From Eledone cirrhosa (taxonomy: Eukaryota), in assembly GCA_964016885.1 (NCBI GenBank), contig OZ024752.1, positions 35,898,001-35,962,000 of the forward strand: DNA of 64,000 bases, written 5' to 3'. The notes under the pieces are model-generated. The model searched no databases, was not told where the DNA came from, and saw only the letters and a program-made list of their open reading frames with translations. Below are positions 1-11,659 of the stretch, one piece after another. Positions within the stretch are counted from its first letter, which is position 1. Each line of letters begins with the position of its first letter. Position numbers and translations under genes: made by a program.

Positions 1-109
1 GAGTTCTTTATATATGAACTCATTATATGTGTGTGTGTATATATATATATATGTGTATGTGTGTATATGTGTATGTATATATGCATATATGTGTACGTGT
101 GTGTATGTT

Positions 110-154
<45 letters not shown>

Positions 155-264
155 GGATGTTTGTATGTGTTTTCATGGTGGTATGAGTGTGGGATATATA
201 TGTTTATGTATAAGTATATGTATGTGTATGTATATATATATGAGTCTATGTGTGTGTGTGTATA

Positions 265-309
<45 letters not shown>

Positions 310-1077
310 ATGTGTGTATGTGTTGCGCGTGTGTGTGTCCGTATTTTTATCTTTTTATATGTGTATGTGTATGTTCGTGTAAATGTATGTGTGTGTAGGA
401 CAGTATAGGTATGTGTGTATGTATGTATGTGTAGATATCTCTATGTGCGCGTACATGTACGTATGTGTATGTATATCTGTATGCGTATGTACATTATATT
501 ATGTAATATATTTTATTGTTTTTATTTTTTTATTTTTCATAATTTATAGATACATTTATATTAGGCTGTCTGGTCTGACAACCTAATACTGACCCCTCCC
601 CCCCCCCTCCCACCTAATTTCTGTATCTTGATCTTGAAATGTGTGTACCAGTGTGTTTATGTGAGTGACTTAATTTCTATTTGCTTATGATTTTATATCC
701 ACATATATAAATGTGAGTGGGGGGTGTGTGTGTGTTTGTGTGTTCGTGGTTATGTGTATATTTATATATATACGCACATGTATGTGTGATTATACTGATA
801 TGTGTGAGTATGAAAAAAATATATTTATATGCTTGACTACATAAGTATCATTGCGTATCTTATCAGCGCATTAAGCTTACAGAGATATTAACCTTGAAAT
901 TTTTTATTTGCATCCATCTTTTTAGTATGCACATACATATTATACACACATTATTGTAAAATGTGTGTAGGGTTTTACATGTATATACACACACCAAACT
1001 GCTTTTTAACCCTTTGTGTTTTCATTGGTCAATTTTGAACTGATATTTTGAATTGTTGTTATTATCAATAAATATAC

Positions 1078-1232
1078 TTCATTATTTCTGAAGACGGCGT
1101 ATATATGAGTTAGGTATGTATATTTAATCTTGATAATTTGTATAATTTTGTATAATTTTGTACATAGATCTGTTAAATATGCATACCAATTATAGCACAT
1201 ATATGCCCTAGAAACGATCGTTAAATAGTGAA
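1078..1232 (+). ncRNA. Type I hammerhead motif with a greatly extended stem II
   Basis: TTCATTATTT-CTGAAGA-[~115-nt imperfect hairpin]-GAAA-CGATCG-TT/AAATAGTGAA; palindromic stem III (ACGATCGT), GUU site, 10-bp stem I; the stem II closing pair is imperfect. Confidence 0.65.
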
Positions 1233-1277
1233 CTTTTTTTGTTTAATATAAGGAATTGTTTGTTCATTATTTGTTTA

Positions 1278-1314
<37 letters not shown>

Positions 1315-1316
<2 letters not shown>

Positions 1317-1510
1317 CGGAGTAAATGTGGTAAGGAACCAGGTGGACCATAACGCACCAAAGTACTCAATACTTAGGGTAGTAGAGTGGGTAATAGGAAC
1401 GAGTAGGACCCCGACGGCTGAGCTCAAGCCGTTTCGACGGCTAATTCTGGACCTAGAATTAGCCGTCGAAACGGCTTGAGCTCAGCCGTCGGGGTCCTAC
1501 TCGTTCCTAT
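1315..1510. mobile_element. Fold-back short element (GAGCTC family) in (TA)n
   Basis: Inverted arms at 1393-1448 and 1455-1510 plus a ~75-bp unique tail; other copies at 44571, 46371, 46678, 52128 and 62183. Confidence 0.8.
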
Positions 1511-1515
1511 ATATG

Positions 1516-1554
<39 letters not shown>

Positions 1555-1895
1555 GTATATATGTATATGTATATATGTATATGTATATATGTATATATAT
1601 GTATATATATATATATGTATATATGTATATGTATGTATATATGTATATATATATATATATGTATATATGATTATATATATGCATGAGCTCAGCCGTCGGG
1701 GTCCTACTCGTTCATATATATGTATATATATATATATGTTCATATATATGTATATATATATATATGTATATATGTATATATATATATATATGTATATGTA
1801 TATATGTATATATATGTATATATGTATATATATATATATGTATATATGATTATATATATATATGCATGAGCTCAGCTGTCGGGATCCTACTCGTT

Positions 1896-1945
<50 letters not shown>

Positions 1946-2072
1946 CGTCCCCCTTTATTTACGTGTCCCAACGACTTTTTTTAGCCGTTGTTCGCACCAA
2001 CCTGAGGCATATGGCCCTTAAAGCGATGAAATGCCGAGGACGGTTGGAGGGTCACTGATGAAGGACTCACTT

Positions 2073-2132
<60 letters not shown>

Positions 2133-2257
2133 GACTAGAACTGTTTCGTTCGAAACAGTTCTCGTTCTGTAGAAGCCATTTCTATATTAAATCTTGTATA
2201 TACTCTACTATGTATTGAGTACCTTATTTACTGTGGTTACCCCCAATTGAATCTGGG

Positions 2258-2294
<37 letters not shown>

Positions 2295-2377
2295 ACTCTC
2301 AAGAGCGTGAAACTAATAAACCTTTGTTCGTACTGCCTCTCTGTTTCGTTCCCGTTCAATTTTTTACTATATATATA

Positions 2378-2937
2378 TCATCATCATCATCATCATCATG
2401 TTACGTCCGCTTTTCCCTGCTTGCAAGGGTGGGACGGGTCTTATTCAGCACAGCATCTCTCCACTCGTCACGGTCCCTCGTCATCTCCACCATGAGCTTC
2501 AATGATCTGAGGTCTGTTCTCACCACCTCCACCCATGTTTTTCGTGGTCTACCTCTACCACATCTTCCTTCAACTGGTAATTCCTGGCACTTCTTCACCC
2601 ATCAGTCATCCTCCATGCGCATCATATGACCATACCACCTCAGTCTCCTCTCCCATACACTACATTCTATCCCTCTCAGACACAGTTTCTCTCTCAACAC
2701 ATTTATGCTGGGTCGTTCACGCACATTTACACTGCACATCCAACGGAGCATGCTTGCCTCATTTCTCTCCAGCCGTCGCATATCTTCTGCGGTAGCTGCC
2801 CATGTCTCACTACCATGCAGCATCGCGCTCCTCACACAGGCATCATACAACCGGCCTTTCGTACGCAGGGAGAAACCCTTCTTCGTCAACAGAGGAAGCA
2901 GCTCCCTAAACTTCTTCCAACCCGTCCTTATTCTAGA
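2378..2937 (-). mobile_element. RTE-clade LINE 3' fragment
   Basis: SRIRTGWKKFRELLPLL..MLHGSETW..RRLRWYGH..GRGRPRKTW with one in-frame stop; (ATG)n tail. Confidence 0.85.
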
Positions 2938-3314
2938 TATATATATATATATATATGTGTGTGTGTATGCAAAAGGTAAACAGAAACAACACAATCGCTA
3001 CAGTATATGGAAGGGATATATTAGGTTGATGCTTGATATAGCAGGAAGAGGGTCTTAATGTCATCTGTCGAAATGGTTGGAGCTCTGCTGTCGGGGTCCT
3101 GACTCTGTTCCTATATATATATATATATAATGGTAAGAAACTCTCGGGAGAGCTGGTCAGCAGAAGGTCTTCAGAGAAGAAACCCACATCAAGCTAGTGT
3201 CGTCCTAAACTTCTTCTACTCTAAGGTAGCCGGGACCACATATTTAAATATTAGAATATCAAGAAATATGTTTCTAGAATGTCAAGAATGCCAGAAAATT
3301 AAGGGTTCACTTAC

Positions 3315-3458
3315 CTCCTAGAATACCGAAGGAGAAATAAAGGAAGTATACATTATTGACAAATATACTAATAACAAAGCCGAATGTAGTGATTAAACTT
3401 CCTGCAACGGCCACTCTACGGCATCCATATATATTGGTTAGGGAGCCAGCAATGGGAC
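3315..3458 (-). CDS. SLC16/MCT next coding exon (144 bp, phase 1-1), not in the ORF track
   Basis: Manual translation: tttacag|(G)PIAGSLTNIYGCRRVAVAGSLITTFGFVISIFVNNVYFLYFSFGILG(G)|gtaagt. It continues the reading frame of the 6879-7137 exon and contains the MCT/MFS loop motif YGCR. Confidence 0.93.
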
Positions 3459-3702
3459 CTGTAAATATTTCACAATACAAATTATTAACTCATCATCATC
3501 ATCATAAACATCATCATCATAAACAACATCAACATAAACATCATCATCATCATCATCATCATCATTATCATCACCATCACCACCACCACCATCATCATGA
3601 TCATCATCATCATCATCATCACCACCACCATTATCATCATCATCATCATCTTCACTACCATCACCACCACCACCACCACCACCACCACCACCACCAATAT
3701 TA

Positions 3703-4892
3703 CCACTTTACAGAGTGTACTGGGAGTACTGTGTAATGGCAACTGCACTATCTCTTTACAGAGTGTACTGGGTATATGTTATCATGGTACCAGCACTACT
3801 ACTTTACTGAGTGTACTGGGTATATTTTATCATGGTACCAGCACTACTACTTTACAGAGTGTACTGGGTATATTTTATCATGGTACCAGCACTACTACTT
3901 TACAGAGTGTACTGGGTATATTTTATAATGGTACCAGCACTACTACTTTACAGAGTGTACTGGGTATATTTTATCATGGTACCAGCACTACTACTTTACA
4001 GAGTGTACTGGGTATATTTTATCATGGTACCAGCACTACTACTTTACAGAGTGTACTCGGTATATTTTATCATGGTACCAGCACTACTACTTTACAGAGT
4101 GTACTGGGTATATTTTATCATGGCACCAGCACTACTACTTTACAGAGTGTACTGGGTATATTTTATCATGGTACCAGCACTACTACTTTACAGAGTGTAC
4201 TCGGTATATTTTATCATGGTACCAGCACTACTACTTTACAGAGTGTACTGGGTATATTTTATCATGGCACCAGCACTACTACTTTACAGAGTGTACTGGG
4301 TATATTTTATCATGGTACCAGCACTACTACTTTACTGAGTGTACTCGGTATATTTTATCATGGTACCAGCACTACTACTTTACAGAGTGTACTGGGTATA
4401 TTTTATCATGGTACCAGCACTACTACTTTACTGAGGGTACTCGGTATATTTTATCATGGTACCAGCACTACTACTTTACAGAGTGTACTGGGTATATTTT
4501 ATCATGGTACCAGCACTACTACTTTACTGAGTGTACTTGGTATATTTTATCATGGCACCAGCACTACTACTTTACAGAGTGTACTGGGTATATTTTATCA
4601 TGGTACCAGAACTACCACTTTACTGAGTGTACTCGGTATATTTTATCATGGTACCAGCACTACTACTTTACAGAGTGTACTGGGTATATTTTATCATGGT
4701 ACCAGCACTACTACTTTACAGAGTGTACTTGGTATATTTTATCATGGCACCAGCACTACTACTTTACAGAGTGTACTGGGTATATTTTATCATGGCACCA
4801 GCACTACACTTTATAGAGTGTACTGGGTATATTTTATCATGGTACTAGCACTACTACTTTTCAGAGTGTACCAGCACTACCACTTTATAGAG
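3703..4892. repeat. 48-bp minisatellite, ~24 copies
   Basis: Unit CAGAGTGTACTGGGTATATTTTATCATGGTACCAGCACTACTACTTTA; lies in the MCT intron. Confidence 0.95.
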
Positions 4893-5309
4893 TGGGTTGG
4901 ATGTTTTATCATATTATCATCATTGGGCGGCCTCAGCCCAAATCGACTCAACAATTGATCTCCACGTGGGTCTGTGGTTGATTCTCGCTGCCAAGTCCTG
5001 GATTTCAATACCAGAATCTCTGGACATGACATCGGGATAGGAGAGTTTGCGCCCCCTGTTATTAGGGTTTTATAGTGGTACCAGCACTGCCACTTTACTT
5101 ATTATAACATCTGCCTGTATAGTAGAGCTAATTCATTTCTATTCATATAACTATTATCTAGAGTGAAATATAAAAATACTTTCATATAAATAATTTAAAG
5201 ATGCAATAATTATTCTTCAAATCCTCTCTAGTTATTAGTTGTTATTCTCACCACCACCACCATCATCATCACCACCACCACCACCACCACCACCACCACC
5301 ACCACCACC

Positions 5310-5377
<68 letters not shown>

Positions 5378-5869
5378 TATTATCATCATTACCATCATCA
5401 TTATCATCATCATTATTATTATTATCATCATTATCATCATCATTATCATCATCATCACCTTCAACTACAACTTCATCAGCATCATCATCATCCCTTTCTT
5501 ATCAAAACTTTCAGACTAATTATTATATATCACTGTAATACTATCTTGAGAAGTTTTAACATGGAGTCTACTTTACTCTCAAGGTATAATCCAAGTTGAT
5601 TTTTTATGGAAATAGAAGATGGGAGAAGTCTTTAATTAGGTTATTTTGATCGCATTACCAATTCTAATGAATTATTCAAATCTTACATATTTTGGTGATT
5701 CTGTCTTTTATTTTTTTATTTTATTATAATCTTATCTCATCTTTATACTTTTAACTTTTAACATCCAACAAGGATTTAGCAGAAAATATCTAAAAACAGA
5801 CATCATCATCATCGACATCAACATTTTCATCATTGTTGTGATTATCATCATCATCATCATCATCATCAT

Positions 5870-6210
5870 TAACTGGAAAATTTGTTCAAATGAAACATCA
5901 AGCTGCTACCTGCTGCCTCAGATATTCAGGAAATATCGGAGGGTTCTTGCTGTTCCCAGCAAGCATACCTTTTGAAGTGTTCCAAAAAACCGGGCTGGAC
6001 TAATCATCTTTAACTATCCTTAAAAACTCTTTGAGATAGTACCTAGTACTCCTATGACAATCGAGGTGACCTTGATCACATGACAATCCCAAATTCTTTT
6101 TAACTCCCACTTTAAATCCTGGTATCGGTTAATTTTCTCCTTCTCTTTTCTTGCACTCTCGTGTCAAATGGGCAGGCTACATCTACAATCAGGCACAATC
6201 TTTTTTCCTT
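5870..6210 (-). mobile_element. R4/Dong-like LINE 3' fragment (restriction-like endonuclease C-terminus)
   Basis: Manual translation CLIVDVACPFDTR..KEKEKINRYQDLKWELKRIW..IVIGVLG..LQKVCLLGTARTLR; (TAA)n and (ATG)n flanks. Confidence 0.75.
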
Positions 6211-6234
6211 ATTATTATTATTACATACATATAA

Positions 6235-7243
6235 GGGCGGTAGAGGGTCAGACGCCATGCTTTGACGCATAGAGTTACGGCCCTTGCCATTCTGAGTTCA
6301 AATCCCGCCGAAGTTAACTTTACCTTTCATCCTTACGGGGTCGATAAAATAAAGTACCAGTAATACACTGGGTTAATTGCTGGCCTTGTGCCAAAAGTAG
6401 AAACTATTATTTTTACATACAAAATTATATCAAAAAGTAAAATATATATAAAAGATATAATTGTTTCTACTTTAGGCACAAGGCCAGCAATTACCCAGTA
6501 CATTACTGGTACTTTATCTTATCGACCCCGTAAGGATGAAAGGCAAAGTTAACCTCGACGGGATTTGAACTCAGACCGTAAAGGGACGTAACTATGCTGG
6601 AAAGCATGGCGTCCGACTCTCTACCGATACTGCCAATCGACCGGTTACTTTCAATAAATAATTGTTTCTACTTTTGGCACAAGGCCAGCAATTACCCAGT
6701 ACATTACTGGTACTTTATTTTATCGACCCCGTAAGGATGAAAGGCAAAGTTAACCTCGACGGGATTTGAACTCAGACCGTAAAGGGACGTAACTATGCTG
6801 GAAAGCATGGCGTCCGACTCTCTACCGATACTGCCAATCCACCGCCCTTATATATATAAAAGATATAATGATACTTACCAACTAAATACGTCATCGCTGG
6901 AACCAAGGAACCAACCCACGCCATTGTAGCTTTGTCAGTTTGGAAAAAATCCACCCATTTTGAATAAAATATTCCCAGAGAGTATGTGATTCCATCAGCA
7001 ATAACATGTACAAAGAATGAACCAAGGACAACCATCCAACCCCAGCCTCCATCAGGGATGTCGTATTCAGAATAATAAGAAAGAGCATCATCTTCTACTT
7101 TATTTTCTTTGTCTTTCTTCTTCGTTTTGTCTTTCATATTCCAAGATACACAAACTGCAATAATATAAAAATATATATTAATATTGGTTTCAGGGTGATT
7201 TTTGTTGTGGCACCAACACTACTTCGTTACAATTCTAGAGTAC

Positions 7244-7317
<74 letters not shown>

Positions 7318-7490
7318 TGTTTCTACTTTAGGCACAAGGCCAGCAATTAATCCAGTGTATAACTGGTACTTTATTTTATCGACCCCGTAAGGATGAAAGG
7401 CAAAGTTAACCTCGGCGGGATTTGAACTCAGTCCATAAAGGGACGTAACTGTGCTGCAAAGCATGGCGTCCGACCCTCTACCTATACTGA
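6235..7490. mobile_element. Cluster of four tRNA-derived SINEs (~185 bp) around the MCT exon
   Basis: Family consensus GGCGGTGGATTGGCAGTATCGGTAGAG..GAGTTCAAATCCC..GCCTTTCATCCTTACGGGGTCGATAAAATAAAGTACCAG..AGAAACAATT; A/B-box-like head; the central part resembles the Meta-SINE domain (from memory). Confidence 0.85.
6879..7137 (-). CDS. Monocarboxylate transporter (SLC16/MCT family), first visible coding exon (exon 6879-7154)
   Basis: Translates MKDK...DIPDGGWGWMVVLGSFFVHVIADGITYSLGIF...AWVGSL...LV(G), containing the SLC16 TM1 signature DGGWGW. Acceptor ttgcag at 7160-7155 and donor G|gtaagt at 6879/6878 (phase 1). The paralogue cannot be assigned. Confidence 0.95.
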
Positions 7491-7496
7491 CATCCA

Positions 7497-7497
<1 letters not shown>

Positions 7498-7531
<34 letters not shown>

Positions 7532-7990
7532 AATATTGTGTACAGTGCTCAGGTGCACTACAACTCATCAAAAAAGTGTATGTATAGTACATAGGGTAAT
7601 GTACAAACGTCAGGAAAATGAACAGTGCATGAGTCATGATACACACATGTGTGCATGTGTATGGAAGGGGTACATCAGGTGTAGTCTTGGCGTATTTCGG
7701 GAAGCATGAGTGTCTTAAAGGATGCAGTGTCTCGGCAGCTAACAACTGGCGCAGGCAGTTTGTTCCATGAGGGTTTTAAGGGATGCAGTGTCTCGGCAGC
7801 TAACAACTGGCGCAGGCAGTTTGTTCCATGAGGGTTTTAAAGGATGCAGTGTCTCGACAGCTAACAACTGGCGCAGGCAGTTTGTTCCATGTTTCAGCAA
7901 CTCTGAGCGTGAAAAAATGTCTACGAAAGTCATGGGAGCTGTGCTGTTTTCTGATTTTGTAGGCATGTCCACATGTGTTAGACACATGGA
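7498..7990 (-). mobile_element. CR1-clade LINE 3' fragment with an internal ~60-bp triplication
   Basis: RRHFFTLRVAETWNKLPAPVVSC..SFK; (ATT)n tail; 7720-7890 is repeated three times. Confidence 0.75.
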
Positions 7991-7998
7991 GATCAAAA

Positions 7999-8082
<84 letters not shown>

Positions 8083-8645
8083 CTGTGTGTCTGTGTGTAT
8101 GTGTGTATGTGTGTGTGTGTGCGCGCGTGTGTACACACACGCAGGGCTACACCCAAATATATCACACCCAGTACTTCTGGACTGCAACCTTGCTGGGGCT
8201 ACGACCGTGAAGGGCTTTAGCCAGTTATACAACACCCAATACATATTGGACTGCAACCTTGCTGGGGCTACGGTCGTGAAGGACTTTAGCGAATTATATC
8301 ACCACTTCCACCACCTAGTTCATATTTTGATAAGTATTCTCTCAATCTTTATTAAATTATTTATTTATTTATACATACGTATCTGTCGGAAGAGTTGCTT
8401 CCCTTCATTGATGCAAATATTTACACTGAAGACGCACACACAGGCACACAAATAATAGCACATGCATACACAGAAGCTATAGTAGAAAGACTTGCCTAAG
8501 GTGGTAATACACAGTATGACTAAACTCAAAAAGGCTTTTGTACAGTTTCTCTTTGGCAAATTTGACCCATAATCTATTGTAGAAGACATTTATTTATCCA
8601 AAGTTGCATTCCATGGGATGAAATTTGGATACACACACATACACA

Positions 8646-8763
<118 letters not shown>

Positions 8764-8864
8764 CAGGTTTTATCCCATAGAATGCAGCCTTGGATAAATG
8801 TTATACATCTATTTATACATCTACGAACGTTTCAATGCAGTCAGAATTATTCACCAATATACTG

Positions 8865-8897
<33 letters not shown>

Positions 8898-8916
8898 GTG
8901 TGTGTGTATATGTATG

Positions 8917-8955
<39 letters not shown>

Positions 8956-8962
8956 AAATCTG

Positions 8963-9028
8963 TATTTTATCTGATGATAGCGCACCATAATTTGCCTTGG
9001 TTGCCCTTGAAATATATATAATAAAATA
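8963..9028 (+). ncRNA. Type I hammerhead motif (second PLE-type family)
   Basis: TATTTTAT-CTGATGA-(imperfect stem II)-GAAA-TATATAT-A/ATAAAATA. Confidence 0.6.
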
Positions 9029-9066
9029 GATATGGTTTTATAAATATAGTTTCCATTTATTGATAT

Positions 9067-9151
<85 letters not shown>

Positions 9152-9257
9152 GATAACAAGTTATCGTTTTAGGTAATCCAGTGAGAGGTTGTGAGTACTC
9201 TGTACTATGGATAGGTTAACGTACGGCGTTGTTTCTCTCCTTCACACTATATATATA

Positions 9258-9759
9258 TATTGTTATACTTTGGGAGGGTCATGTTGCCAATAAGAAACAC
9301 ACGCACCAGTTGCTTTCACTTCAATTTATTATAATAAATTTATAAATTTAGGAATTTATAAATTTCCGGTTGGTTGGTTGGTTCCACAACCAGATGGTTG
9401 TTTATATATTGTCAAAGTTCTTTCTACGCCATCTTGTTTATATAGTGAAAAAAAACAAGATGGCGTAGGACAGAACAAAGGAGAGGCACAAAAACAAAGA
9501 AAAGAATCCCCAGTCACTGAAGAGGTCACAGAATGTGTGACGAAAGAACTTTGACAATATAGAAACAATCATCTGGTTGTGAGACCAACCAACCAACCGG
9601 AAATTTTTAAATTCCTAAATTTATAAATATATTATAATAAATTGAAGTGAAAGCAACTGGTGCGTGTGTTTCTTATTGGCAACATGACCCTCCCAAAGTA
9701 TAACAATATCGGCTTCAACACACGTTTTCAGATAAAGAATCTTGCTAAACAAATTCAGA

Positions 9760-9762
<3 letters not shown>
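9258..9762 (+). mobile_element. PLE pLTR fragment with an inverted partial copy at its 5' side
   Basis: 9453-9762 matches the reverse complement of 56125-56433; 9258-9424 is the reverse complement of 9542-9708; embedded in (TA)n. Confidence 0.85.
9513..9555 (+). ncRNA. Minimal type I hammerhead ribozyme motif (PLE pLTR)
   Basis: GTCA-CTGAAGA-G-GTCACA(gaatg)TGTGAC-GAAA-G-AA-C-T-T/TGAC: stem I GTCA/TGAC, 6-bp stem II, minimal stem III, CUU site. Confidence 0.75.
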
Positions 9763-9820
<58 letters not shown>

Positions 9821-9944
9821 AAAGTTCTATTTAAATTGTTGGGATACAACAAGCAAATATTTTTATAACTGATATAAAGCACTCGACAAGTATTTGGAGT
9901 AAAAATACGATATTAACAAATGGAAACTATATTTCTAAAACCAT

Positions 9945-10016
9945 ATTTATTTCATTATACCTATTTCAAGGACACCAAGTTAAATTATGGTGTGCTTTCA
10001 TCAGATAAAATATAAT
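9945..10016 (-). ncRNA. Type I hammerhead motif, left arm of the palindrome
   Basis: Reverse complement of 10157-10228 with one change in the stem III loop. Confidence 0.7.
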
Positions 10017-10156
10017 ATAGATCAGTTTTATAAATAAATATTGACATACCCTTAAAAAATGCAACCATTACTGTTGGAAGACTATCCGGGAGCTTCCAAC
10101 AGTAATGGTTGCATTTTTTAAGGGTATGTCAATATTTATTTATAAAACTGATCTAT

Positions 10157-10228
10157 ATTATATTTTATCTGATGAAAGCACACCATAATTTAACTTGGTG
10201 TCCTTGAAATATGTATAATGAAATAAAT
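10157..10228 (+). ncRNA. Type I hammerhead motif, right arm of the palindrome
   Basis: ATTTTAT-CTGATGA-AAGCACACCA..TGGTGTCCTT-GAAA-TATGTAT-A/ATGAAAT. Confidence 0.72.
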
Positions 10229-10594
10229 ATGGTTTTATAAATATAGTTTCCATTTGTTAATATCGTATATATATATATAATTATAACAAATTAATAACAA
10301 AAGAATAAAAATAAAATAAAATATATTGGGAAAATGTATTTAAAAGACAAAGCTCACAACGACGGGATTTGAACTCAGAATGTAAAGGGACGTAACTTAA
10401 TTTAAAAGGAGATGTAAATGAAAATAAGAGAAAATAAAGATTTTAAAAAACATAGACTTGAGAGGGGAAGTAACTCTATATGTCTTGTATATCCATCTAT
10501 GATTTAGTCACATATTTAGTTACTCTTTTACTCTTTTACCTGTTCCAGCCATCCGGCTGAGGCCATGCTGGGGCACCGGTATAATAGTTATAAG

Positions 10595-10905
10595 ACTAAC
10601 CCAGACTCTGCTGCACTTCGAGGTGAGGAGGGTAATCTCTGTAAATATCGGTCGCTCTCCAACAGGTTTGCGGTTGAGCCCGTGGCAGTGGAGATTTCTG
10701 GTGTCTTTGGCTCTAGGGCCACCGCCCTGCTAACCAACATCGGCACAGAGTTGGCTACCCGCAGGTGTGATCCTCGCGAACTGGAATGGCTCTCCCTGGC
10801 CATCCTCCGAAGAAACGCCTTCTCCATTTACTCATAACAGAGAGAGATGGGGGGAGCGAGGTAGACGGAGGCAGTGACAGTGGGAGTTTGGTTGTTCTGT
10901 GTTCG
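10595..10905 (+). mobile_element. CRE-like LINE 3' fragment
   Basis: AA..GE...KYRSL..EPVAVEISGVFG..RELEWL..RRNAFSI; related fragments at 47808-47910 and 61887-62085 (WLFQRI.L.I.RGN). Confidence 0.65.
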
Positions 10906-11023
10906 GATCTTTAGTATGAATTTTTCACAATAGTTTAAGAAATAAGTCCTTATATTTAATATTTGTTTGTGTGTGGGTGGCTGTGCATATATATATATAT
11001 ATAGAGAGAGAGAGGGGGGAGAG

Positions 11024-11068
<45 letters not shown>

Positions 11069-11659
11069 TTAGTCAGGAAGAAAGGCAGCGTCAATGTTTT
11101 TTGAGAGCATCTGAGATAGAACTGGGACTGGCTTATGTAGCTCCTCTGATTGTGATAGGTCACTAATGAAAAAAAAAAGGTTCCCCAGAGAAGGCCCTTC
11201 TCCCTAGATAGAATTGGGGCTGGTTTATGTAGCTCCTCTATTTGTGAGAGAACTGAGGCCGGACCGCTGGGTAACACCTCGTGCGGGGGCGGAGTATCCT
11301 CTTCTCTTCTAGCAAACACAGGGACCGAATTAAGGGCCAATAACGTTCAGTTGATCTACTTACATTGTTCAAAGTAGAAGTAAACAGTGACTCATCGATT
11401 GTGCCATTCTCTCCTCACTCCCCAAACAAAATATAAATATGGAACACAATAACAGTTACAATTTCTCAACTGAACAATCTTGCTACATGGAACCCTGGAC
11501 CGATGGACTCCCACATACTAACGTGAAAACAATACAACATATTTGTTATTGAAACACAAATCTCTAATCCATCTCTCATACCCATCTCTCATGTCTAAAC
11601 TAACTTTACATTGAAAGGTGGGAATTGGTGTACATTAAATATATTATTGATACTCGATG

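Larger units (their letters stand above)
9906..10267. repeat. Near-perfect palindrome, ~175-bp arms with a 12-nt spacer
   Basis: 9906-10080 is the reverse complement of 10093-10267, with a few mismatches. Confidence 0.95.

Noticed and set aside
14-2021. YI/CV/HT-rich ORFs here and throughout the window
   Set aside because: Translations of (TA)n, (TG)n and (CA)n microsatellites.
2051-2075. CTGATGAAGG (and CTGAAGAAGG at 40755) as hammerheads
   Set aside because: Only the 5' half of the core is present; the partner half is lost or interrupted by microsatellite.
3597-4958. 453-aa repeat ORF, and a CRISPR-like look of the 48-bp array
   Set aside because: Pure tandem minisatellite with no unique spacers; the open frame follows from a unit length divisible by 3.
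6793-6878. C-terminal part of the 114-aa ORF
   Set aside because: Read-through past the splice donor into intron and SINE.
11105-11340. GC-richer segment with a short internal duplication and a GC box as the MCT promoter
   Set aside because: Cannot be distinguished from a repeat fragment without transcript data.
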